Part shown: positions 11,401 through 19,430 of the stretch, in pieces | How the letters are laid out: each line of letters opens with the position of its first letter | Numbering within the stretch: position 1 is the first letter of the stretch | Assembly: GCA_011087955.1 (NCBI GenBank) | Contig: JAALKR010000006.1 | Span: 15,661 to 79,660 of the forward strand | Direction of reading: 5' to 3' | DNA from: Oligoflexia bacterium | GTDB lineage: Bacteria > Bdellovibrionota > UBA1018 > CAIPTA01 > JAALKR01 | DNA length: 64,000 nt | Position numbers and translations under genes: made by a program | The notes under the pieces: model-generated | What the model was told of the DNA's origin: nothing | What the model saw: only the letters and a program-made list of their open reading frames with translations | Databases searched by the model: none

Positions 11401-12480
11401 AGCCTTCTTTCCTCGTGGAACGACCTCAGCCTCTACCAAAGCCTCATTCCATTGCTCTAAAGTCTCAATGGCAATTTCTCGAGCTTCCAGGCTTCCTGCA
11501 AAGCCGTTCAAGCAAATTTCATGAGGAATTACGGATTCACGAAAATCCCAACGCGCTAGATACTTGATTTGGTGAATGCCATTCAACTTCGAACCTAATC
11601 CCCAAAGTGTTCCAAAATGATTCGAATTGTCTTGGTGAGACAAGCGCTTTTCGAAAGTAGTGTCAGAATCAAACTCTAAGAAATTAAATCTAAACTGTGC
11701 TTGGTGATGGGCTCCAAAATAAGAGGAAGAGACAGATGATGTAAACGCAATATAGCTCTTGCCTTTGTATAGAGTACGTTCAAAATCATTTACAGATACG
11801 GTGAGAGTACCACCATAGAGTAATCTATAGGCCCAGTCATGAACGGATAGTTCGCGCCAATTTACAGACATGGAAGTTCGCGCTTCCCAAGAGTGGCGAT
11901 CCGTACGGTGAACCCACTCATTTTTTGGGCGATTATACTTGTCTGTACTCCGTACAAAATCAAAATGAGAATTGATCGGAACCGTAATAAGTGTCGGCCA
12001 GTCTTTGCGTGGAACGCCCGGAGTAACCTGCTTACCAACAAGCTCTGTTTCTTCAATGTCGAATTGAATATTACAAGCTGGCAGCAGATGTGCGCCATGC
12101 ACCTGAGTCCATTCAGAAATGTAACCAACTTCTGAAATCGGTGCCCAACCACAAACAAATGTTTTTGGAACTAGTACGTTGCGAGTAATAATCTTCCAGG
12201 CACCAGCTGCTCGGCCTTGGCCTGAGAGTGTAAATAGGCCTCCGCTTTGCGCGTGATAGAGTTTTTTGAATTCTGGTTTATGTTCCGCTTCGGCAACAGA
12301 GACTTCAAAACCGGTCTGTTTGTTTTGCAAGAAGGAACGGGACTCCATTTTTTGGAAAAACGCTTTGTCCGTTGCTTGGTCTGTTGGGGATGGAAACTTC
12401 TCTGGAGGTGTCGTATAGGAACAGGCAGCTTGGAAAATAAGCGCCAGAATCGGCAACATGATAGGTGACAAATATTTCAT
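8446..12480 (-). CDS. Large zinc metalloprotease (metzincin-type HEXXHXXGXXH; resembles the DUF4953-type 'zinc-dependent metalloprotease' family); probable lipoprotein
   Basis: HEFGHMLGLGHNF is encoded at 10330..10368 (minus). Track start 12498 is TTG. I prefer ATG 12480, which has GAGG about 11 nt upstream, giving MKYLSPIMLPILALIFQAAC (signal peptide, lipobox-like AAC). An AT-rich promoter-like region lies upstream (12499..12730). Confidence 0.8.
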   Translation of the reverse strand: MKYLSPIMLPILALIFQAACSYTTPPEKFPSPTDQATDKAFFQKMESRSFLQNKQTGFEVSVAEAEHKPEFKKLYHAQSGGLFTLSGQGRAAGAWKIITRNVLVPKTFVCGWAPISEVGYISEWTQVHGAHLLPACNIQFDIEETELVGKQVTPGVPRKDWPTLITVPINSHFDFVRSTDKYNRPKNEWVHRTDRHSWEARTSMSVNWRELSVHDWAYRLLYGGTLTVSVNDFERTLYKGKSYIAFTSSVSSSYFGAHHQAQFRFNFLEFDSDTTFEKRLSHQDNSNHFGTLWGLGSKLNGIHQIKYLARWDFRESVIPHEICLNGFAGSLEAREIAIETLEQWNEALVEAEVVPRGKKAFVVSSQEMNHLFDLRCSSISYVSDKRISARSPLGIAQAQMDVKTGKILWAGSTNYGGALEEWVEHYRGSNFGTGDAFMHMPSEAGYSEEYNRPILGGNPFGHMVSPVDITSMPFREGSANVFNVEDTIKSLYRGKHLIAHKGYDGFIQDLQQFEGLDEQGIDAMIRDGRFAEMAKKFYANGSTNPTAHSWEFLGKKLATMIAEVRGDTMMPGNRFLLKDESLLYGKAIGVCIAEVNAMSTDSSSMLDGEKWHSWMLGAHAYREDQLMRSVMLGRDYGDMAPGLQTAHRNQKVEQNLKRMHNTGVVDLDHTIGRFAMQAAAAPAELQDDIDVEDLVKTSLKKTMLHEFGHMLGLGHNFKDNIMPIKGSIPDAHWDALEKDRKKQNTVNLNFTTIMGYPHAYQVMARRPEEVKIGEQDKLVLRFIYNNQIPIYNGKDVDFEYVRLVDEIPVGRDGRIPGKDEDLGRYSPSLKGYKVSYFPSCTDMMAMLALDPYCNRWDMGWDATSIVKSYFDDYKNNWLSKLNNFAKVRNNLWLVRYYLWRGSLRTFSRVRIFYDYMRREYRDEILKIAENDPKNLLSFSKCANKDQDKNIVRTVIQSADPEFEELCNLNREIVKELGSFITDPGNDFSVFDDSDWSVPTNEWGSGFEDWSRVWGTWKEVGVLPIKMSALFALTTAQSFFTYGHYVIPNYKYSKSGMNNKYVYASLYPEEFTKNITSSVLSNIKLNKDTGNEPKMGRIALFMGSFLMQTFGYPFQSTNDFHEFDGDYMENIKQQSQFIFNARYPFVPVFVRIKRPNGGGKDPEKISNFIAFIYEWGQEIKELGNAYMLPEGKVFFGTTAETFVYPISNLIFLSDNIALAWGIRVQYNKSDYSALWVEGIKHNLFTTYEDIGTTCREKAGLSSYFSTSNKKFGGFYIPYGIAGNDTRYREFTDSVRKQFDKYLEEPGYSENGTVCTKALDDVGLVVSQALALNNIFLPMVFRYMVH

Positions 12481-12823
12481 ACGCACAAGCCTCAACAACT
12501 AAATCAACTTCAACACCCACGCACACCCTTCTACCGTTTTAATCCTCCGGATTGTACCAAAAATGACGCGTAGAATCAATACGGAGTTTAACTATAAAAA
12601 TGTATATTTTACGCTCTATTAAGTAGCTGAAATAATTGATTAAACTGCTTATTTATCTAAAGAAATTACGACTTTCAGTCAAATAATTACAAAATTTCTA
12701 CATACATATAGGAAGACAACAATATAATATTTGCTTACTCTTCACCCTCATTTGACCTCTTGGCAACCGCCTATTAACGCCACGGCGATGATTTGTCACC
12801 CTAGAAGTGGTAGAAAGAGGACT

Positions 12824-13951
12824 ATGAACTTTCGCAATGTCGGGTTTCTCGGTGGTGGTCAATTAGCCTATATGGCGGCTCCTTATGCGGAGAAGCTTGG
12901 TATCAACCTATACTCTCTCGACAAGGCGGGGGCTCCAGCTGAATCTATTCTCAAACACTTCGTACCCGGCTCGATTCAAAGCTTTGATGATATTGTCCAG
13001 TTTGGAAAGACTTTGGATCTCATTTCGATCGAAGTGGAAAGTATTAACGTAGATGCCCTGGCCGAACTTGAAAAATCCGGAGTTCCGGTACGGCCGAGTT
13101 CAGAAGTTATTCGCTTAATTCAAGATAAGGGCACGCAGAAGCAGTTCTTTGCAGATAATTCGATTCCTACTAGCCCATTCCGTCTGATTCATTCAAAGAA
13201 AGATCTACCCAAGCATGTCGATTTTTTGCCTGCCTTCCAGAAACTGCGCAAAGGCGGATACGATGGAAAGGGTGTGCAGTCGATCCACTCGGAAAGTGAC
13301 TTTCATAAAGCCTTCACTGCTCCATCTGTGTTAGAAAAAACAGTTTCAATAGATAAAGAAATTGCCATCATCGTTGTAAGAAATAGCCAAGGTGATATTG
13401 TCGTTTACCCACCTGTAGAAATGATTTTCGATGAGAAGCTAAATTTAATTGATTTCTTATTTTGTCCGGCCGACATAACTAATGTACAAGCGGAGAGAGC
13501 GATAGAGATTAGTAAATCCGTTGCCGAGAAGCTCTGTGTTATTGGACTTCTTGCGGTTGAATTGTTTATCGACGAGAGTGGAGAGATTTTAGTAAATGAA
13601 TTAGCTCCACGGACTCATAACAGTGGACACCACACTATAGAGTCGGCCAGCATTTCACAGTTTGAAATGCACTTACGTGCTATCGCTGAGCTTCCTTTGA
13701 GTCCACCGAAAATCGAACGCCCAGCGCTGATGATGAATCTGTTAGGGACCGACGGCCATACGGGGACAGCCTATTTAGAAGGCAAAGAAAAAGCCGACTC
13801 AATAGATAACGTGTATCTCCATTGGTACGGGAAGAAAGAAACAAAGCCTGGCCGTAAAATGGGACATGTTACAATTACAGACAGGTCCAGAGAAGAGGCA
13901 ATCGCCTTAGCCAAGAATATTCGTTCATGGTTAAGAGTCATTTCCAAATAA
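12824..13951 (+). CDS. purK: N5-carboxyaminoimidazole ribonucleotide synthase (ATP-grasp)
   Basis: Motifs VGFLGGGQLAYM and NELAPRTHNSGHHT; followed by purE. Track start 12731 is TTG. ATG 12824 is preceded by AAGAGG and matches the usual PurK N-terminus. Confidence 0.9.
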   Translation: MNFRNVGFLGGGQLAYMAAPYAEKLGINLYSLDKAGAPAESILKHFVPGSIQSFDDIVQFGKTLDLISIEVESINVDALAELEKSGVPVRPSSEVIRLIQDKGTQKQFFADNSIPTSPFRLIHSKKDLPKHVDFLPAFQKLRKGGYDGKGVQSIHSESDFHKAFTAPSVLEKTVSIDKEIAIIVVRNSQGDIVVYPPVEMIFDEKLNLIDFLFCPADITNVQAERAIEISKSVAEKLCVIGLLAVELFIDESGEILVNELAPRTHNSGHHTIESASISQFEMHLRAIAELPLSPPKIERPALMMNLLGTDGHTGTAYLEGKEKADSIDNVYLHWYGKKETKPGRKMGHVTITDRSREEAIALAKNIRSWLRVISK

Positions 13952-13983
13952 AGATCTGCTGTGGGCCAAAATAGGAATTTGCT

Positions 13984-14484
13984 ATGGATGACGAGAGTCC
14001 GGCTTTAGTAAGTGTTGTAATGGGAAGCAAAAGCGACTTGCCAGTTATGCAGGACGCAGAAGATATCTTAAAGAAGTTTTCAATTCCCTATGAAATACAA
14101 ATCGTCTCTGCCCACCGCACTCCACAAGGGATGATCAAGTTTGCAGAAAAATGCCAAAATCGTGGAATTAAAGTGATTATAGCAGCCGCCGGGGGTGCTG
14201 CCCATCTTCCGGGAATGATCGCTAGTGTTACGATTTGCCCAGTCATTGGTGTTCCAATTCACTCGCAAAACTCAATTCAAGGCTGGGACTCTGTTCTTTC
14301 GATACTACAAATGCCTCGGGGCGTGCCAGTGGCAACTGTGGCTCTCAATGGAGCCACAAATGCCGGCGTATTAGCCGCACAAATATTAGCCTGCGATTCT
14401 GATTCAGTACGTACCAAGCTAGAAGAGTACAAGAAAGAACTACAAGAGCACGTAGCCAAGCAAAATGCCAATTTCAAAAAATAA
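13984..14484 (+). CDS. purE: N5-CAIR mutase
   Basis: VVMGSKSDLPVM, VSAHRTP and AGGAAHLPGM signatures; 166 aa; adjacent to purK. Confidence 0.92.
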   Translation: MDDESPALVSVVMGSKSDLPVMQDAEDILKKFSIPYEIQIVSAHRTPQGMIKFAEKCQNRGIKVIIAAAGGAAHLPGMIASVTICPVIGVPIHSQNSIQGWDSVLSILQMPRGVPVATVALNGATNAGVLAAQILACDSDSVRTKLEEYKKELQEHVAKQNANFKK

Positions 14485-15631
14485 CTCTACTGGACTCATT
14501 CTTTCTGGCGGCGGCGCTCGAGGAGCCTACCAAGCTGGTGTCCTTCGAGGCATTTCGGAAATATTTGCAGAGCAACCTCCAAAGCTGGATATCATTACTG
14601 GGGTTAGTGCGGGTGCGATCAATGCTGCTTATCTTGCGGCGGAAATTGATACGTTTCAAAAATGTACAAAGAATTTATGGGACTTTTGGTCGGAGCTTAA
14701 ACCAGACGATATATTTCACACAAACTTCAGACACCTGACAGGCAACATGTTTCGACTTGTGAAAAACTTTACCGTTGGGGCTTGGCGAGATGATTTGAAC
14801 GAACGTAACCTAGGGCTCCTAAGTCCGCTCCCACTGAACGAACTTTTGCGTGCACGAATCGACTTTTCTGGCATATCGAGAAACATTGAATCAGGCATGC
14901 TCGACGTACTAGCCATCTCGGCCTTTGACTATGAAAGCCGCTTAGGAATCACCTATTATCAAGGTGCAAATGATAAGAACAGTTGGCGAAGGTCGCATCG
15001 CCTATCAAAACCTGAGATAATTACTGCTGACCATATAATGGCATCTGCCTCAATTCCGCTTTTTTTTCCTGCCCATAAAATTGAAAATCGTCATTTGGGG
15101 GACGGTTGCTTGCGCAATACTGCACCATTGTCTCCAGCCATTCGCCTTGGCGCTAATAAGCTACTTATCATTGGCGTGCGACAATCCCTGAAGGACAATA
15201 TTGATTTATCTGGAAGCACTAACACCCCCTCCTGGGGTCAAATCCTAAGCACAGTTATTTCTGCAATTTTCTTCGATGGACTAGAAATGGACTTAGAGCG
15301 ACTCGATCGAATTAATCAAAATATAGCTGGCGATTCTCTGAGAATATCTGAGCCTACAGAGAATGAAAATAACGGTGCACATCCACTTAAAAAAGTAGAA
15401 TTACTGTATATTCATCCGTCTAAGAATCTAGCCGATTTAGCTACAAAGCACTTTGATACTCTGCCAAGATCGTTGAAGTTACTCTTTCGCACGCTTGGAG
15501 CATCAAAAGATAGTGGTGATTTAATTTCCTATTTTCTGTTTCAAAAGGAGTATTGCCAGGAGCTTCTGGAGCTAGGCAAAGCTGATGCTATCAAAAGAGC
15601 CTCTGACCTGAAAGCTACCTTCTCTCCTTAG
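14465..15631 (+). CDS. Patatin-like phospholipase
   Basis: GGGARGAYQAG oxyanion motif, GVSAGA nucleophile elbow (GXSXG) and a DG(C) Asp motif (LGDGCLRN). 20-nt overlap with the purE end. Confidence 0.85.
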   Translation: MPISKNNSTGLILSGGGARGAYQAGVLRGISEIFAEQPPKLDIITGVSAGAINAAYLAAEIDTFQKCTKNLWDFWSELKPDDIFHTNFRHLTGNMFRLVKNFTVGAWRDDLNERNLGLLSPLPLNELLRARIDFSGISRNIESGMLDVLAISAFDYESRLGITYYQGANDKNSWRRSHRLSKPEIITADHIMASASIPLFFPAHKIENRHLGDGCLRNTAPLSPAIRLGANKLLIIGVRQSLKDNIDLSGSTNTPSWGQILSTVISAIFFDGLEMDLERLDRINQNIAGDSLRISEPTENENNGAHPLKKVELLYIHPSKNLADLATKHFDTLPRSLKLLFRTLGASKDSGDLISYFLFQKEYCQELLELGKADAIKRASDLKATFSP

Positions 15632-15698
15632 GCAGGTATCCATAAATAGCTTTGCGATCCTTGCACAAAATGCTAAATCAGGTAGCAGAGGAAAAACC

Positions 15699-16769
15699 GT
15701 GTCGGATTGCTGCCCACCAGTCGAAGACCATTGCGCACTACAAAATCGCCGGACTGACTATCTTTTTTGGTCTTGTGGCCTAGCGATCTTTTTCGGCTAC
15801 ATGCTTGTCCTTACAACAGACTATTTTTCCATAGGCCTGGGAGTTAAATGGCTACATGAATTTTCTACCTCTATATACAAATTATTCAACACAATGTGGT
15901 TTGGGATCCTGCTAGGAATTATATTTGTTGGCCTACTGACAAAAGTACCACGCGAATATGTTGAATCTAGTCTAAACGGAAAGACTCGACTTCGCGGCCT
16001 CTTACGGGCAACATTTGCTGGTCTGCTACTAGATCTCTGCAGTCATGGAATCTTGCTTGTTGGCATGAAATTATATGGACGAGGCGCCAGCCTAGGACAA
16101 ACAATGGCCTTTCTGATTGCTAGCCCATGGAACTCTTTATCACTGACGGTGATTCTGATTAGCATGATTGGTTGGACTTGGACTCTGGTCTTCATCGCTT
16201 TGTCCGGATTAATTGCACTAGCATCAGGCTACATTTTTGAGTTGTTAGTTGAGCGAAAGGTATTGCCAGAAAATCCTAACCGAGGTCATTCGCAGTTAGC
16301 TGACTTTAAATTTTGGCAAAAAGCCCGAGAAGATATTCGCCAAGTTCGCTTTGATCTAGAATTTCTCCAGTCTATTTTTGTACGCGGTGTTCAAGATTCA
16401 AAAATGATCCTTCGCTGGCTACTGTTTGGGATTGTACTCGCAGCACTAATTCGAACGTTTGTTCCAATTGACATCTTTCAAAACTATTTTGGTGCAACAG
16501 CAGCTGGGTTAGCCCTTACCCTATTGGCTGCTACGGTAATTGAAGTCTGTTCTGAAGGCTCTGCTCCGCTGGGAGCCGATATTTTGACTCGTGCAAATGC
16601 TCCTGGAAATTCTTTTGCCTTTCTGATGACAGGTGTATCTACGGACTACACTGAAATCCTAGCCTTAAAAGAAACTACAAAGTCTTGGAAAATAGCCTTC
16701 ATGCTACCACTCATTACGGTTCCGCAAATTATTCTACTGTCATGGATATTGAATCGATTCGCACAATGA
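15699..16769 (+). CDS. Predicted permease (UPF0718/ArsP-like family) with Cys-rich N-terminus
   Basis: About 8-10 hydrophobic segments. Conserved-looking VCSEGSAPL segment. N-terminus MSDCCPPVEDHC. GTG start preceded by AGAGGA. Confidence 0.6.
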   Translation: MSDCCPPVEDHCALQNRRTDYLFWSCGLAIFFGYMLVLTTDYFSIGLGVKWLHEFSTSIYKLFNTMWFGILLGIIFVGLLTKVPREYVESSLNGKTRLRGLLRATFAGLLLDLCSHGILLVGMKLYGRGASLGQTMAFLIASPWNSLSLTVILISMIGWTWTLVFIALSGLIALASGYIFELLVERKVLPENPNRGHSQLADFKFWQKAREDIRQVRFDLEFLQSIFVRGVQDSKMILRWLLFGIVLAALIRTFVPIDIFQNYFGATAAGLALTLLAATVIEVCSEGSAPLGADILTRANAPGNSFAFLMTGVSTDYTEILALKETTKSWKIAFMLPLITVPQIILLSWILNRFAQ

Positions 16770-17081
16770 AGTGAAATTAAATGAAAGAATAAGTGTGTTA
16801 CCTTCTCTCCTAGAGCGACAAATAAAACACCTTGAACCTCACTAAAATCTTTTAATTTCAGTTATTTGCACCAAATCATGCATGCATTCCCATCGATGGA
16901 GCACGAAAAACACATAAGAAAATAGCAAAATATTTCATTGCCTTATGCCAGAAAAGAGCCTACTTATATCCGATGAAAACTTGGGTTTACTGCATAAATC
17001 AGTTCTCCAGAACTGAGACAGGTGGTACCTTACTGGAGTCGCAAATAGGCGACCGTAACTTTATTGAGAAACCTTATAATA

Positions 17082-17411
17082 ATGAAGAAACTATACGTTG
17101 GAAATTTGCCTTACTCAGTTGACGAAGGTCAGTTGAATGAAATCTTCTCTGAGGAAGGGAGCATACTTTCGGCGAAGCTGATCGTCGATCGTGACTCTGG
17201 GCGCTCGAAGGGCTTTGGCTTTGTCGAGTTTGAAAGTGTTGAGGATGCGGAGCGTGCTATCGAGAACCTAAATGGTTCTGAGGTAAGCGGACGTACCATT
17301 ACTGTTAACATCGCTAAAGAGAAAACTGGCGGCGGCGGCGGCGGTGGACGTCGCGGTGGACGTGATTTCCGTGGCGGCGGCGGCGGTCGCGGCGGCTATC
17401 GCAGAGACTAA
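17082..17411 (+). CDS. RRM-type RNA-binding protein with Arg/Gly-rich tail
   Basis: RNP-2 LYVGNL and RNP-1 KGFGFVEF motifs. C-terminal GGGGGGRRGGRDFRGGGGGRGGY is encoded by GGC repeats. ATG 17082 is preferred over track TTG 17064. Confidence 0.9.
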   Translation: MKKLYVGNLPYSVDEGQLNEIFSEEGSILSAKLIVDRDSGRSKGFGFVEFESVEDAERAIENLNGSEVSGRTITVNIAKEKTGGGGGGGRRGGRDFRGGGGGRGGYRRD

Positions 17412-17796
17412 TTCATCTCGCATAATTTAATTTTCTAGCAGGGCGTTGTGAACTCAGTGTTTTTTTCGGCTTGTTAAGGAAGTTCAAATTGCTCCTCACA
17501 ACTATATAAAGCACCTCAAGGATCCCACTCAGTGCAGCTGCTTGCGTCGGCTTCAGCCTCTGCTTATGAGTGGTGCGGCCTTCGCTTTGGCACCGCAGTC
17601 CTTATGCTCGACTCCCTGGGCGCCGAGAGTGACTGAAAAAATTTTGATTGGTTCGCAGGATACCTTTTATGTCGGCACGCTCAAGGGCGTGGCTCGGATG
17701 TATCAGAAAACCTTTGTGGACACTATTCGAAAGTAGTATTCTGCAAGCTCTACAACATGAAAACAGCAATCACTGCAGCAATATGGAGGACTTGGC

Positions 17797-18204
17797 ATGT
17801 ACAAGAAAATTGCTTTTACTGTGTATCCCGTTTTAGACATAAAGCGAGCGAGAAAGTTTTATGAAGATACTCTTGGACTCAAAGTAACCCAAGAGTATCA
17901 GGATGGACGATGGGTTGAGTTTGATCTGGCCCATGGTGGTTGTTTTGCAATGTCTGATATGATGCCGCAGTTTAAGCCTAGCGCGAGCGAAGGTGGAACG
18001 ATTGCCCTAGAGGTCGAAGATATCGATTCTGTTATGACAAGCCTCAAAGAGAAAGGTGTTGAAGTTCTTATGGATACTTTTGAGTCACCAGTTTGCCGTA
18101 TGTCTTTGATAAAAGACTCTGAAGGGAATTCTCTAATCCTCCATCAGGTTCACAATAAAGTAAGCGCGCTAACTACACCATCTTCCCAGACCAAAGAATT
18201 TTAA
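17797..18204 (+). CDS. VOC/glyoxalase-bleomycin resistance family protein
   Basis: 135 aa. The N-terminal pattern ...VYPVLDIKRARKFYEDTLGLKV... and the size are typical of single-domain VOC proteins. GGAGGA RBS upstream. Confidence 0.75.
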   Translation: MYKKIAFTVYPVLDIKRARKFYEDTLGLKVTQEYQDGRWVEFDLAHGGCFAMSDMMPQFKPSASEGGTIALEVEDIDSVMTSLKEKGVEVLMDTFESPVCRMSLIKDSEGNSLILHQVHNKVSALTTPSSQTKEF

Positions 18205-18357
18205 GTAGACTCCGCGCCAAACTAACGCATGGAGTGTAAATATGGAAAACAAAGAAATTGGCCCGGCAGAATATCGACAGCATGTAAGTTAGCACGCTTA
18301 CGAATAATCGAATGCCCCTGGTGTTTTTTTTAATGTTTTTCGTATTTTAAGTGCGTG

Positions 18358-18376
18358 GCTGCAATGCAGCTTTTTT
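18358..18376 (+). terminator. Weak candidate intrinsic terminator after the VOC gene
   Basis: GCTGCA-A-TGCAGC palindrome followed by TTTTTT. The stem is short, so this is a low-confidence call. Confidence 0.3.
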
Positions 18377-18410
18377 GATTTGTGTTTTGACTCTAGATTT
18401 TGAAGAAAAT

Positions 18411-18487
<77 letters not shown>

Positions 18488-18508
18488 GTTATAACGAAAT
18501 TAGGACAA

Positions 18509-18628
18509 TTAGTTAGCAGAAGTGGTGCTCTTGCCCCCAGCTCTTGCAGTACGCTCGCGCGCTTTCTTTTTTTCCTGATTGCGACGCATCTTCATTTTAT
18601 GCGTAGATTTTTTGCGACCTTTACCCAT
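18509..18628 (-). CDS. Candidate small highly basic protein (39 aa), not in ORF track
   Basis: ATG 18628..18626 is preceded by AAGGAAC (SD-like, 4-nt spacer). Product MGKGRKKSTHKMKMRRNQEKKKARERTARAGGKSTTSAN, stop TAA. It is below the 60-aa track cut-off and lies 21 nt upstream of tRNA-Asp on the same strand. Confidence 0.45.
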   Translation of the reverse strand: MGKGRKKSTHKMKMRRNQEKKKARERTARAGGKSTTSAN

Positions 18629-18680
18629 GTAAGTTCCTTATATTACAGGATTTTTAACCCTACCTCTAAAACAGACCACC

Positions 18681-18709
18681 TTAATATCAGGTACACTAGA
18701 TCCCGGCAA
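18681..18709 (-). promoter_or_regulatory. Candidate sigma70-type promoter for the small basic ORF / tRNA-Asp
   Basis: On the minus strand: TTGCCG (18709..18704), a 17-nt spacer, then TATTAA (18686..18681). This is about 50 nt upstream of the ATG at 18628. Confidence 0.35.
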
Positions 18710-18738
18710 GACTTTTTTTGCTCCAGGGATTCTATAGT

Positions 18739-19401
18739 TTACAACGCTGGTGGACCTAGAAGATTGCAAGCTACCCGAGAACCACCAGACAATTGCGGAG
18801 AATTACTACTCTGCAGATTCAGCGAGCCCTGTTCCGAAGTTGAGTGACAACGACGGTAGAGCTTTTGTGTAGATTCGCGCTGAATAGTGCCTCTGTCTAG
18901 ATGCTCGACTGTACGATGAACACTTTCTAAGAGCAGGAAATAATTTACGTATTCAAAAGTATGTATTTTGGACTCAATCCGGTCCTCATAAACATGTCGA
19001 GTAACCATGACCATCGCTGTACCATGGCTCAATGAGTTCCAAGCATGGCGAGCCGTGCCTGTATAATCACCACTAGTAACCTCACGCTCTTTATTATCCA
19101 GAACTATGTCGATCCTATCACTAACGTCGGTATCATTTTGCAACGCAATGATTGCGTGCTCACACTTTTCCTGCTCAATCTTGTAGAGCTCACCGGTATC
19201 ACTCCTCCATTTACCCGAAAAGCTTACACAGTAGTGAGGAAACGCGTCTCCACCGCCGCTGCTGCCGCTGTATGAAGTATTAGCAGAGCCAATGCTTGCC
19301 ACCCCAATCATCGTTGTTATAGCCACCAAAAACGAAATTATGCTCAGGCAAGCTCGGCCCTCAATCAAACAATCCGTATTTTTCATCCTTGTCCCCATCA
19401 A
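18739..19401 (-). CDS. Hypothetical secreted/membrane-anchored protein
   Basis: N-terminal hydrophobic segment ACLSIISFLVAITTMIGVASIGSA, then a Ser/Gly linker. No recognisable motif. The start is uncertain (M1 or M6). Confidence 0.5.
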   Translation of the reverse strand: MMGTRMKNTDCLIEGRACLSIISFLVAITTMIGVASIGSANTSYSGSSGGGDAFPHYCVSFSGKWRSDTGELYKIEQEKCEHAIIALQNDTDVSDRIDIVLDNKEREVTSGDYTGTARHAWNSLSHGTAMVMVTRHVYEDRIESKIHTFEYVNYFLLLESVHRTVEHLDRGTIQRESTQKLYRRCHSTSEQGSLNLQSSNSPQLSGGSRVACNLLGPPAL

Positions 19402-19430
19402 TTAATACCGCGAATGTGCAGCTCCTACTC

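Noticed and set aside
14465-15631. Patatin-like phospholipase as a possible CBASS/defence effector (CapV-like)
   Set aside because: No cyclase (CD-NTase), Cap2/Cap3, sensor or other defence partner is adjacent. The neighbours are purE and a permease. It is a stand-alone housekeeping-type patatin as far as the sequence shows.
17600-17640. CCCTGGGCGCC...GTGACTG resembling pieces of the ZTP (pfl) riboswitch
   Set aside because: The elements are in the wrong order and lack the GGGTCGTGAC...CCGCCTGGGCA context. The downstream gene (VOC) is not a purine/folate gene.
17542-17836. Two overlapping 62-64-aa plus-strand ORFs in the spacer before the VOC gene
   Set aside because: They have TTG/ATG starts without an SD and overlap each other in different frames. 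Their composition looks like translated non-coding GC-rich sequence. The region is treated as a possible leader or sRNA instead.
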